Assembly (NCBI GenBank): GCA_963811105.1
Contig: CAWEPZ010000011.1
Location: 1,152,001-1,216,000, forward strand
DNA from: Candidatus Bathyarchaeota archaeon
GTDB taxonomy: Archaea; Thermoproteota; Bathyarchaeia; Bathyarchaeales; Bathycorpusculaceae
Length of the DNA stretch: 64,000 bases
Direction of reading: 5' to 3'
Shown here: piece after piece, positions 1-9,227 of the stretch
How positions within the stretch are numbered: position 1 is the stretch's first letter
Layout: each line of letters starts with the position of its first letter
Notes under the pieces: model-generated
Databases searched by the model: none
Told to the model about the DNA's origin: nothing
The model's input: the letters and a program-made list of their open reading frames with translations, nothing else
Position numbers and translations under genes: made by a program

Positions 1-361
1 TGATCGGCATATAAACGTCTTTTGACCAACCAAACCTCTCCGCCTCTTCAGCCGTGATTCCGCCACCCACATGTCGCTTAATAATGTTAACCACTTGAAT
101 GGACAGACCTTCTGAATCAGCAATTTTGGCACCTTCAACGCCATGGTCAACTTTGTTGGTTTTTGAACGCCCAAGGTCGTGTAATAAAGCACCGACTTCA
201 ACGAGTTGCAAGTTGATTTTTAAGTCTTTATTTTTTAATTTACGTGCGATTTCTAATGCAAGATCTGCAACCAGTTCACAGTGACCAATAACTGAAGAAG
301 AGCAATTGTTTTTGCGTAGAAGCTCGATTGCTTGCTCCCTTGAAGGAAGCCGGTTACTCAC
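1..361 (-). CDS. HD/HDIG-domain metal-dependent phosphohydrolase (TIGR00295-like), runs off the window edge
   Basis: Manual translation from GTG at 361: MSNRLPSREQAIELLRK...GHCELVA...GALLHDLGRSKT..DHGVEGA...RHVGGGI. HD motif present; overlaps the tfe stop. Confidence 0.85.
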   Translation of the reverse strand, partial: MSNRLPSREQAIELLRKNNCSSSVIGHCELVADLALEIARKLKNKDLKINLQLVEVGALLHDLGRSKTNKVDHGVEGAKIADSEGLSIQVVNIIKRHVGGGITAEEAERFGWSKDVYMPI

Positions 362-866
362 CGAGTTCCTTCCTTAATACGTCAACTTTGTCAGATAATT
401 TACTTATCATTTTCTCATTTGCAAAATGTACAAGAGGTTTACTACAACCTGAACAATGAAAAACTAGTTCAACAGCCTCTTCAAAAGGAACACGCTTGCA
501 TTCTGGACTACCGCAATAATAGAAGTCATGGTTCTTTTCATACTCCAACCTGACATTAAGTTTCTCTAGAACTCGGCGTTTTTGGCTTAAAATAAAACCT
601 TCCAACTGATCTGGTTGAAGCTTCCAATGAAAGATAAACCATCCTGTTTTTGGATCTCTTGTTCTTCTCAAGCTTACAAGCGAATGATCGTAGAGTTTGT
701 AGAGGATTTTGCGTACAGTATTAAGCCTAATAGCAGTTTTGTTAGCTATTTCATCATCAGTTATTTCATCTACACCTTTTAGGTGTTCAATAAGTACTAC
801 AGCTTCTTGATCACCTAGCGCCACAGCAACTTTCAATAAGGTTGCATCATCAATAGTCGATAACAT
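354..866 (-). CDS. tfe: Transcription factor E alpha subunit
   Basis: Winged helix (ITDDEIA...LNTVRKILYKLY...TGWFIFHW) plus Zn ribbon (FYYC...FEEAVELVFHCSGC). Confidence 0.95.
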   Translation of the reverse strand: MLSTIDDATLLKVAVALGDQEAVVLIEHLKGVDEITDDEIANKTAIRLNTVRKILYKLYDHSLVSLRRTRDPKTGWFIFHWKLQPDQLEGFILSQKRRVLEKLNVRLEYEKNHDFYYCGSPECKRVPFEEAVELVFHCSGCSKPLVHFANEKMISKLSDKVDVLRKELGE

Positions 867-932
867 ATTCTAATATTCCTTTTAATAATACCTATTATTG
901 GAACATGGTTCCATAAAACCCTTCTTACATCT

Positions 933-1523
933 TTATGAAAAATCAACATCAGTGTTGACTTCTTTGCCCCGTTCCTTAGGAACAATTTTGATTTTGGCTT
1001 TCTCAAAATCTTTAGCTAACTCTTCCCCTTCAAAATACCGATCTAAGAAAATTGCAAGCGCCGAACACTCCGAATGCGGCTGGTTCCCAACAGACACATT
1101 AAAATTAGATACATTGCTTGAATAGAATTCACCTGGAACCTTCTGGCTACCAATTAAAAGCAAAATGTCCTTCCTTAAACCTTTAATTCGAGGCAAAACG
1201 TCGCTTGTTTGTATGTTTTCTCCGTAAGCCGTTAAATGAACAACAATACCGCCTTTAGCTCGCCATTCATGAACTGTTTTTTTCCACGAGGTGCCCATTT
1301 CAAACTGGAAGGTTCCGCCCCAACGCACAACTATCTTTCTTATTGTTTCAGCTATGTTGGGGTCTTCAACATCTGAGAGTATAAAGCCTGAAGCACATAA
1401 TGCTCGGGCAGTTAAAGCGACGTGAGTAGTTAACCGCACATCCCGCTGTGGCCTATGCCCCCACCGCAAGATCACAATTCTCTGCTGGTCATTTGGTTTT
1501 TGGGGAAGCTTCGAATTTTCCAT
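933..1523 (-). CDS. trm56: tRNA (cytidine(56)-2'-O)-methyltransferase
   Basis: LRWGHRPQRDVRLTTHVALTARA, VHLTAYG and VGNQPHSE motifs; typical neighbour of tfe. Confidence 0.95.
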   Translation of the reverse strand: MENSKLPQKPNDQQRIVILRWGHRPQRDVRLTTHVALTARALCASGFILSDVEDPNIAETIRKIVVRWGGTFQFEMGTSWKKTVHEWRAKGGIVVHLTAYGENIQTSDVLPRIKGLRKDILLLIGSQKVPGEFYSSNVSNFNVSVGNQPHSECSALAIFLDRYFEGEELAKDFEKAKIKIVPKERGKEVNTDVDFS

Positions 1524-2760
1524 TTAAGTCTTCAACTTTTCTTTTCACTTGCTCATATAACTCCAACGGCGCACCAAACACAACCTCAATGGAATCATTG
1601 GTATAGTTTTCTTTCAAAATATCAGTCTTTTCGTGAAGCCACGAGATAAAAGGCATACTCTTACCCGTCAACGGAACAGAAAACTGCGCTTCAACGTAGT
1701 TCTCAAGAATTCTCAGGATTTCCTTCTTAAGCAAATCAAGGTTTGTTTGGCATTTAGCGGATATCAAGATGGGATTTCTCGCTTTATCTTTGAGAAATTC
1801 CAATTTCTGTTCTCGTTCACCATCATTTATCAAGTCAATCTTGTTTAGCGCAGTTATAGTTGGGATGCCTGATGCGCCTAGGCGGTCGATTGTTTCTAAA
1901 CAAACGTTGTGTTTCATCTCGATTTTTTCCACAGGCTCGCTTAAATCTAACATCAGTATTATCAAGTCCGAAAAAATAGTTTCTTCAAGGGTCGAATGAA
2001 ACGCTTCAATCAAAGCGAGCGGCAAACGATCAATAAACCCGACAGTATCCGTTAAAAGAAACTTGCGGTTCGAAAATTCCACCATCCGCGTTGTAGTAGA
2101 AAGGGTGGTGAATAATGCTTTGTCCACTTTGACAGTTTCTTCAGTTAAAGCATTAAACAAAGAGCTTTTGCCAGATTTCGTATAACCAGCTAGCGAAATC
2201 GTCAAAAAACCAAGCTCTGTTCGCCTCTCCCTATGAAGAACTCTTTTTTCCCTGATCTTTGTTAGTTTTTTAAGGATCGTTTGGACTTGCCGTTTAATTG
2301 CGTCACGGTAAACATCTGCTTCATAAGCTCCTAGACCCATAAAACCAGGTTGCTCGCTTCCCTTAGCTAACTTAACTTTTTCCTTAGCATGTTTAAGTTC
2401 ATTTCGCACCGTTGCCAACTGAATCTGGAGCTGAGCTTCGGTTGTAGTGGCCCTATTAGTAAATATTTCAAGAATAAGCTGGAAGCGATCGATAACTTCT
2501 ACATGCGTTGCTTTTGCCAGATTGTAGGTTTGACGAGTTTTTAGGTTGTTATCAAAAATTACTTTTCCGGCGCCAGTTTCCTCAACCAACTGAGTGAGTT
2601 CTTCAACTTTTCCAGCACCTATCTGATAGCGTGCATCAGGCGGACGGGTTTGCTCCAAAGTTCCGACAACTAAGTAACCAGCAGCTTCAGCTAATCGCTT
2701 AAGCTCATCCAAACTTGACTCTTCACGATTCAACCTACGCTGAACTATAACGGCTTTCGT
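1489..2760 (-). CDS. hflX: GTPase HflX (track start 2733; homology suggests start at ACG 2760)
   Basis: IGAGKVEEL, LILEIF, GYTKSGKSSLFNAL, LFTTLSTT, DTVGFI, NKID motifs. Confidence 0.93.
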   Translation of the reverse strand, partial: TKAVIVQRRLNREESSLDELKRLAEAAGYLVVGTLEQTRPPDARYQIGAGKVEELTQLVEETGAGKVIFDNNLKTRQTYNLAKATHVEVIDRFQLILEIFTNRATTTEAQLQIQLATVRNELKHAKEKVKLAKGSEQPGFMGLGAYEADVYRDAIKRQVQTILKKLTKIREKRVLHRERRTELGFLTISLAGYTKSGKSSLFNALTEETVKVDKALFTTLSTTTRMVEFSNRKFLLTDTVGFIDRLPLALIEAFHSTLEETIFSDLIILMLDLSEPVEKIEMKHNVCLETIDRLGASGIPTITALNKIDLINDGEREQKLEFLKDKARNPILISAKCQTNLDLLKKEILRILENYVEAQFSVPLTGKSMPFISWLHEKTDILKENYTNDSIEVVFGAPLELYEQVKRKVEDLNGKFEASPKTK

Positions 2761-3281
2761 TTAGTAGCCGCCTCGCCCTCGTTCTTTTCTATTTCAACCA
2801 GATCTCCTAAAGTCATTTCTTGGTTGGCGGATTTTGAAGTTGGAGGAGGAACTTTTTCTTCTGAAATTGGAACAAGCAGCTTGATTTTTAACATATGCTC
2901 GAGCTTTGACGCTAACTGGTTGTTTGGTGCCATTTTTCCAGATTCAAGATTTCTTAAAACAGAAGCTTTCTCGTTTATTTTTTTGCCCAGTTCTTCATGG
3001 CTAAGCGCCAGCTTTTCCCGAGCCACTTTAATCTTGATTGCGTAGTCTTCAGTGATTTCTTGGGTGATATTCACTGAAGGTATCATGGTTTTTTTCTGAA
3101 CCATGGTAATAGGCGCCTGCGGTTTTTTGAGGAGGGCTGCTTGCCTGGGTAAAACCATTTCTGATTCATGGATGACTTTTCCATGTTTTGAGCATTCAAT
3201 GCAGACGGTTAGCTTTGCCCCTTCGATAACTGCCGTTATTGGGTCATCATGAATTTTGTGTCCGCAAACTTCGCATCTCAA
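2745..3281 (-). CDS. mbf1: Archaeal multiprotein bridging factor aMBF1
   Basis: Zn ribbon CEVCG...VCIECSKHG, HTH (AREKLALSHEELGKKINEK) and TLGD motif. Likely TTG start at 3281; the track's N-terminal extension is antisense to the PUA gene. Confidence 0.9.
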   Translation of the reverse strand: MRCEVCGHKIHDDPITAVIEGAKLTVCIECSKHGKVIHESEMVLPRQAALLKKPQAPITMVQKKTMIPSVNITQEITEDYAIKIKVAREKLALSHEELGKKINEKASVLRNLESGKMAPNNQLASKLEHMLKIKLLVPISEEKVPPPTSKSANQEMTLGDLVEIEKNEGEAATKRKPL

Positions 3282-3363
3282 ATAAATGTTCCCTTTTATT
3301 GTCTTTATTATAATGTTATGTTTATACTTGTCGAAAACAAAAAATCTTATCGACGGTGAAAAT

Positions 3364-3831
3364 GTGGAGAACATTCTGGGGAAAGTAAGGAGCATTGCTG
3401 ACTTCCAATTCGGGAGAGGCGTCGGTGCAATGCTGTTTCCTGAAAATATTGAGGTGCAGCTTTCTCCACGAACAGGAAGAATCCGCTTTATCAACTTAAA
3501 CGGTGAAAGGTTAGCTACGTTACGCCCCACCGACGGTTTACTCTCTCTGAGCATTAAGGCCGCAAAATTTATTGCTGAAAATCTTCCCTTCGCAAAATGC
3601 TTTGTTTCGGTCCAAAGTGATGTGTCAAAATATATCGCCGCCGGCGGAGATGTTTTTGCAGTTCACGTAGTCAAGGTTGATAATGAAATTCGGGCTAAGG
3701 ATGAAGTTATCGTTTTGGATGAAGTGGGAAATGTTTTGGGGGTTGGTAGAGCTACGCTTTCAAGCGTAGAGATGACAGCTTTTAAAACGGGCGTAGCTGT
3801 CAAGGTAAGGCACGGCGCAAAGAAAAGCTAA
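3364..3831 (+). CDS. PUA-domain protein resembling the C-terminal domains of archaeosine tRNA-guanine transglycosylase
   Basis: IADFQFGRG...SPRTGRIR...LATLRPTDG and C-terminal PUA (GGDVFAVHV...GVAVKVRHG); GGTGA SD before GTG 3364. Confidence 0.8.
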   Translation: MENILGKVRSIADFQFGRGVGAMLFPENIEVQLSPRTGRIRFINLNGERLATLRPTDGLLSLSIKAAKFIAENLPFAKCFVSVQSDVSKYIAAGGDVFAVHVVKVDNEIRAKDEVIVLDEVGNVLGVGRATLSSVEMTAFKTGVAVKVRHGAKKS

Positions 3832-3959
3832 GTTTATCAAACTTTTTCGTCGAGTTATTGTTTTATGTTTTTTTCCTTTCGCTGTTTAGTTTTTTTAAGC
3901 GATGGTTTTTCGGTACCTATACAAAGCCAAGAAAAAGATGCACTTGAGCCACAATGTTA

Positions 3960-4181
3960 CTATTTTCCCATGACTTTTCTAACAGCGATTTCAATATCTT
4001 CCGTCTTAATGGTCTTTCTTCCTGCATATTTAGCATAATCGAGTGCTTCTTTAGCAATCTTCATGCCAATCTCCTCAAGAACTTTTGCAAGTTCCTTCGC
4101 TGCTGCTTCACTTACCCTGTCTGCGCCAGCTTTCTCGCACAGTCGACGCATTGGAGCTAAAGCTATTTCTAATTCTTTCAT
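3960..4181 (-). CDS. Archaeal histone (HMf family)
   Basis: LAPMRRLCEKAGADRVSEAA...AGRKTIKTEDI histone fold. Confidence 0.93.
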   Translation of the reverse strand: MKELEIALAPMRRLCEKAGADRVSEAAAKELAKVLEEIGMKIAKEALDYAKYAGRKTIKTEDIEIAVRKVMGK

Positions 4182-4309
4182 ATAGACTTTCTCCACTGTC
4201 TCTTCTTATTTTTAAGGCAGTATTAAGCTTTGTTATCTTTTTCAGCCATTTTCTTTAGCAAATTATAAATACAAATTCCTGTAATACATTAATTCCCGAG
4301 GTTGTTTTA

Positions 4310-4366
4310 ATGGCAAAGAAACCAGTTAAAAAAGAAGTAAAGAAAGCCCCGGCAAAGAAAAAGTAA
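4310..4366 (+). CDS. Unannotated 18-aa lysine-rich peptide MAKKPVKKEVKKAPAKKK
   Basis: TATA-like TTATAAAT at ~4263, GAGGT SD at 4298, ATG 4310, TAA 4366, T-rich terminator-like tract at ~4388-4408. Confidence 0.65.
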   Translation: MAKKPVKKEVKKAPAKKK

Positions 4367-4535
4367 AACCTCGGCATAACCTACACTTATTTCTCTTTTT
4401 TCTTTTCTAAAGAATAGAACTAAAAAGAACAAAATAAATGGAGTTGGCGCCAGCTAAATCTTAGTGAGATGATTACTTTGAAAAAGTTAAGTTTATATCA
4501 AGTTCTAATGCAGAATAATGAGTGAAGTGAAGTTT

Positions 4536-4901
4536 ATGCATAAACGTATGAATCCTCGAGAGCAAAAACGCATGATGCAACGTATGGGCATGAACATGGA
4601 CTCCGTCCCAGACGTTCAACAAGTCATTATTAGAACAAGCGGCAAAGACATTGTAATCGATGAGCCTGAAGTGGCAATTCTTGAAGTGCAGGGACAAAAA
4701 ATGTACCAAGTTATTGGCGGTCAGGTATCAGAGCAAGCGCCTTCTCAACGCCAAACAGCAAATGCGGCACAGCCAGTATTCTCAGAAGAAGACGTGAGGC
4801 TGGTGGCGGACCAAACAGGTAAAAGCTTGGAGAAAGCAAAGGAAGCTCTTGAGGACTGCCAAGGCGATTTGGCGAAAGCCATACTGCTTCTTCAATCTTA
4901 G
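4536..4901 (+). CDS. nac: Nascent polypeptide-associated complex protein
   Basis: MNPREQKRMMQRMGM N-terminus, NAC domain and UBA-like C-terminus (EEDVRLVADQTG...GDLAKAIL). Confidence 0.93.
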   Translation: MHKRMNPREQKRMMQRMGMNMDSVPDVQQVIIRTSGKDIVIDEPEVAILEVQGQKMYQVIGGQVSEQAPSQRQTANAAQPVFSEEDVRLVADQTGKSLEKAKEALEDCQGDLAKAILLLQS

Positions 4902-4957
4902 TTTTTTAATGGTTATATCTTGGTTGAAGTATTAATGATTCTGAAGGAGTTTGGGCA

Positions 4958-5881
4958 ATGCTTCAAAACGTAGATGTAGCGGTAATTGGACATTTCTCAA
5001 TTGACACTATTTTATTGCCCAGTAGAACTGCCCCGTTTGTGGTTTTAGGCGGTGCTGCAACCTACACTTCGTTTGCCACCAAACGCTTAGGCGCAACCAC
5101 TTCTGTGATTTCCAAAGTAGGTGGCAATTTTCCTGAAGCTTATCTGTGGTGGGTAAAGCAGGAAGGAATTGACATTTCAGGCGTAACCAAACATGCAAAC
5201 GAGCCAACGACACAGTTTGAGTTGCAGTATAATGTAGATTTATCTGAAAGAACCCTAAAGTTGAAAAGTAAAGGAACGCCCATTAGCTTAGATGATTTGC
5301 CTGCAGGTTTTAAAGCTAAAGCTGTTCATATTGCGCCCATTGCCAACGAAGTATCATTCGAAGTGATTGAGCATTTGAAACATTGTGCAGATGTAGTGTC
5401 ACTTGACCCTCAGGGGTTACTTCGAAGCTTCGACCAAGCAGGAAACGTAACAGAAAACACTTCTTTAGATGCACGAATATTTAGCCTAATCAACATTTGC
5501 AAGTCATCGCAGAACGAAATCTTCAGACTGACTGGCGAGTCAGAGCTTAAGCCGGCAATAAGAGCGATTCACGACGTTGGTGTGGAAACTGTCATCGTCA
5601 CCATGGGGACAAAAGGTTCAGTGCTCTCAGTTGAAGGCGCACAATACAATATTGCGGCTTGCCCATCACAGGTTCTGGTTGACCCAACAGGGGCAGGAGA
5701 CGTTTTCATAGGCGGCTTCTTAACAGAATTCCTACGCCAAAAAGAATCAACATGGTGTGCCTGCGTCGGTTCAGCAGCTGCTTCGTTGGTTGTCGAAGGT
5801 CTTGGCCCGACTTATTTTGGCAAAAAAGAAGAAATTTATCAGAGAGCCAAGGTCTTATATGAAAAGGAACTTAAGCATTAG
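4958..5881 (+). CDS. PfkB-family carbohydrate/nucleoside kinase
   Basis: LGGAATY and DPTGAGDVFIGGF signatures. Confidence 0.9.
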   Translation: MLQNVDVAVIGHFSIDTILLPSRTAPFVVLGGAATYTSFATKRLGATTSVISKVGGNFPEAYLWWVKQEGIDISGVTKHANEPTTQFELQYNVDLSERTLKLKSKGTPISLDDLPAGFKAKAVHIAPIANEVSFEVIEHLKHCADVVSLDPQGLLRSFDQAGNVTENTSLDARIFSLINICKSSQNEIFRLTGESELKPAIRAIHDVGVETVIVTMGTKGSVLSVEGAQYNIAACPSQVLVDPTGAGDVFIGGFLTEFLRQKESTWCACVGSAAASLVVEGLGPTYFGKKEEIYQRAKVLYEKELKH

Positions 5882-5914
5882 CGTAAATGTAAATCAACAC
5901 AATGAGGCTAGATT

Positions 5915-6124
5915 ATGGGACGCATAGACAAAGGACAAAAATGCAGTGTTTCGGGCTGCGGCAGAGAAGCTGTACGTTCATTATCTTCTGATAAAGTCAA
6001 GGCTGCTGGTCTAAATGTTAGCAGCGGCGAAAAACGCGCTTATATTTGCAAAGAACACTACAAAGAATACAAGAAGAAAACCAAGAAAGATAAAACCATT
6101 GATAAGTGGCGTTACGGTCACTGA
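5915..6124 (+). CDS. Small basic Zn-finger protein upstream of thrS
   Basis: CSVSGC...YICKEHY (C3H ligands); GAGG SD; closely spaced with thrS. Confidence 0.7.
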   Translation: MGRIDKGQKCSVSGCGREAVRSLSSDKVKAAGLNVSSGEKRAYICKEHYKEYKKKTKKDKTIDKWRYGH

Positions 6125-6139
6125 GAAGAGTGAAGCATC

Positions 6140-8044
6140 GTGCGAATTTTACAGTTGCATTCTAACTTTATAGTTTTCAAACCAGTCCAAAAAGAAATCG
6201 CCATTGCTGAGGAAGCGGAACAAAAAGAAAACCGCTTAGAAGAGGTTGTAGTTTTATTTACCGCCATTGAAGAAGGCGACAATATTGCGGTTGGGCACAA
6301 AGCCATTGATGATGTCCGCAGCTTTCTAGGAAAACAGAAAGCCAATCGCATCCTAATTTACCCGTTCGCTCACCTAAGCAGCAACCTCTCAAAACCCATC
6401 GAAGCCTTAAACCTCATTAAAGACATGGAAGCCTACGCAAAAGAGAAAGGAATCGAAACTTATAGGGCTCCATTCGGCTGGAACAAACAATTCACCATTT
6501 CCATTAAAGGGCACCCATTGGCCGAGCAGGCACGCTCTTATGCTCCGACACCAGTTGCGGTTGAAGCAAAAGCTGAAGGCATATGTGAACCCAAAAAGGA
6601 AGAAGAACCTGTTTCAGCAGCACTTAAAGCCGAAGACAAGATGCAGTCATTCTGGCATGTCATCTTACCTGACGGCTCATTAGTCCCAATTGAAGAGTTT
6701 AAATTTAAAGGCCACGTTAACCTGCAAAAGTTTTCTCAATATGAAATCAAAAAGGCAAGAGCCGTCACTCAGATGCCTCCGCACGTTCCGCTGATGAAAA
6801 GGCTTGAAATTGCTGATTATGAACCTGGAAGTGACCCTGGAAACCTCCGCTGGTATCCTAAAGGACGTATGATTAAGTCTTTGCTAGAGCAATATGTTAC
6901 TGCGCGTATAGCTGCCTACGGCGGCATGGAAGTAGAAACCCCAATCATGTATGACTTTAACCACCCCAGCCTCAAAAGTTACTTAAACCGTTTTCCAGCA
7001 CGCCAATACGTCCTCAAATCGGAAGATAAGGAACTTTTCCTGCGTTTCGCAGCATGTTTTGGCCAATTCCTAATGGCACATGATGCACAATTCAGTTACA
7101 AACAACTACCCATCAAACTTTACGAATTGACCCGATACAGTTTCAGGCGAGAAAAAAGCGGCGAAGTCGTCGGCTTAAAACGTCTGCGAGCCTTCACAAT
7201 GCCAGATTGCCACGCATTCTGCACTGACCTTGACCAAGCCAAAAAAGAGTTTATGATTCGCTTTAACCTCTGCATCGACGTCTTAAGTAACATTGGATTG
7301 GCAAAGGACGACTACGAAATAGCTATGCGCTTCACCAAGGAATTCTACGAAGAGCACAAAGATTTCATCGCTGAGTTCGCCAAGACTTTTGGCAAGCCCA
7401 TGCTAGCTGAAGTATGGAACGAACGCTTCTTCTACTTCGCGCTCAAATGGGACCTAAACTTCATTGACAACCAAGACAAAGCCGCAGCACTCAGCACAGA
7501 CCAAATTGACGTGGAAAATGCCAAACGCTACGAAATTACTTTCGTAGACGAAAAAGGCGAAAAGCAGTACCCACTGATTCTACACTGTTCGCCAAGCGGC
7601 GCCATCGAACGAGATATCTACGCACTCTTAGAGAAGGCATACAGCGAACAGATGGCTGGAAAAGCGCCCATGCTTCCATTGTGGCTTTCACCGACTCAAG
7701 TAAGGCTTATTCCAATATCAGATAAATATATGGACAAGATTGAGGATCTTGCAGAACAAATTGCTAAGCACTGCATCCGCGTAGACATCGATGATAGCGC
7801 TTCAACTTTGCAGAAGAAGATACGTGAAGCTGAGCAAGAATGGGTCCCCTACATCATAGTGGTCGGCGAAAAAGAGGTTGAATCTGGAACCCTCTCCGTT
7901 CGAGACCGCGAGCTCAAAGGTCAACAACAGACCATGACATCTGAGCAGTTGATTGCGAAAGTGTCGGAGAAGATTGCAGGTAAACCTTTCAAAGCTTTGC
8001 CGTTGCCAGTTAACATTTCCAAGAGACCGCATTTTCACGGATGA
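6140..8044 (+). CDS. thrS: Threonyl-tRNA synthetase, archaeal type with N-terminal editing domain
   Basis: MRILQLHS, IYPFAHLSS and APFGWNK editing domain; LRFAACFG, FRRE, FTMPDCH, LHCSPSGAIER. Confidence 0.97.
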   Translation: MRILQLHSNFIVFKPVQKEIAIAEEAEQKENRLEEVVVLFTAIEEGDNIAVGHKAIDDVRSFLGKQKANRILIYPFAHLSSNLSKPIEALNLIKDMEAYAKEKGIETYRAPFGWNKQFTISIKGHPLAEQARSYAPTPVAVEAKAEGICEPKKEEEPVSAALKAEDKMQSFWHVILPDGSLVPIEEFKFKGHVNLQKFSQYEIKKARAVTQMPPHVPLMKRLEIADYEPGSDPGNLRWYPKGRMIKSLLEQYVTARIAAYGGMEVETPIMYDFNHPSLKSYLNRFPARQYVLKSEDKELFLRFAACFGQFLMAHDAQFSYKQLPIKLYELTRYSFRREKSGEVVGLKRLRAFTMPDCHAFCTDLDQAKKEFMIRFNLCIDVLSNIGLAKDDYEIAMRFTKEFYEEHKDFIAEFAKTFGKPMLAEVWNERFFYFALKWDLNFIDNQDKAAALSTDQIDVENAKRYEITFVDEKGEKQYPLILHCSPSGAIERDIYALLEKAYSEQMAGKAPMLPLWLSPTQVRLIPISDKYMDKIEDLAEQIAKHCIRVDIDDSASTLQKKIREAEQEWVPYIIVVGEKEVESGTLSVRDRELKGQQQTMTSEQLIAKVSEKIAGKPFKALPLPVNISKRPHFHG

Positions 8045-8121
8045 TAAATGAAACATATGTATCACTGACACAAAATATATCAAACAATTAAACAGTTGAA
8101 ACACTGTAAGAGTGAAAAATA

Positions 8122-9006
8122 ATGAACAGCGAATTGGCAGTTTACATTGACGGAGAGTATTATCCTAAATCACAGGCTAAGATATCCGTATATGATCATG
8201 GATTCCTATATGGAGACGGAGTCTTTGAAGGAATACGCGAATACAATGGTGTTGTATTCAAGCTCATAGAGCATGTTGATCGCCTATATCGTTCAGCACA
8301 TGCGACAACGCTCAATATTCCTATAACTAAAGAGGAAATGATCAACGCTGTCCTTGAAACCCTGCGCAAGAATAAGATGAAAGACTCATACATTCGCTTA
8401 ATAGTCACAAGAGGCTTAGGCGACCTTGGCTTAGACCCACGCAAATGCCCCAAACCCACAATAATAGTTATCACCGACACAATTAACATTCGAGCAGGCA
8501 ATGCAAAAGAAACAGGTATCACAACCATGTTCTCGTGGGTTCGCAGAAACCCGGTCGACTCAACAACACACGAGATAAAATCGCTCAACTACCTAAACAG
8601 CGTCCTGGCGAAAATAGAAGCCAATGCATGCGGTGTTGACGAAGCCATCTGCTTAGAAAGTAATGGGCACATAGCTGAAGGAGTAGGCGAAAACGTTTTC
8701 ATAGTGAAAAACAGCGTACTTCTAACGCCACCAACCTCCACAGGCGCACTTGCAGGCATCACCGCCGAAGTCGTAGAGAAACTTGCAGCTAAACTGGAAA
8801 TAAAACTTACAGTAACTAATCTTACGCCCTTCATGATGTTCACTGCAGACGAAGCTTTCTTCACCGGAACAGCCATGGAAATGGTGCCCATTCGGGAAGT
8901 GAACAAACGCCAAATCGGCTCAGGTAAACCAGGACCCATTACAAAGAAATTGATGACTGAATTCCAGAAAGTAATTGAAAACCCTGCAAACGGCGTTAAG
9001 GTCTAA
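8122..9006 (+). CDS. ilvE: Branched-chain amino acid aminotransferase (class IV)
   Basis: DHGFLYGDGVFEGIR, KSLNYLNS, EGVGENVF, FFTGTA. Confidence 0.95.
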   Translation: MNSELAVYIDGEYYPKSQAKISVYDHGFLYGDGVFEGIREYNGVVFKLIEHVDRLYRSAHATTLNIPITKEEMINAVLETLRKNKMKDSYIRLIVTRGLGDLGLDPRKCPKPTIIVITDTINIRAGNAKETGITTMFSWVRRNPVDSTTHEIKSLNYLNSVLAKIEANACGVDEAICLESNGHIAEGVGENVFIVKNSVLLTPPTSTGALAGITAEVVEKLAAKLEIKLTVTNLTPFMMFTADEAFFTGTAMEMVPIREVNKRQIGSGKPGPITKKLMTEFQKVIENPANGVKV

Positions 9007-9227
9007 CCTCTTTCTACATTTGTTCTAGTAGTTTTTACCCTCACCTCTTAAATAAAAGCTCAATTTTCACAATTGAATGATCCCGCAAAAATTAACGCAG
9101 AAGCTGATTTCTCTAACCAAATGATGCTTCAGATAGGAAAAATAAAAAATCAATATATGCTACAATCAAGTTACTTCTAATTGTCAAACTGCAAAGGTAG
9201 GCAGATTGTTCACGGAGAGTTTAGCTT

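Noticed and set aside
3282-3554. 90-aa N-terminal extension of MBF1
   Set aside because: It is antisense to the PUA gene; MBF1 homology begins at the Zn ribbon (TTG 3281).
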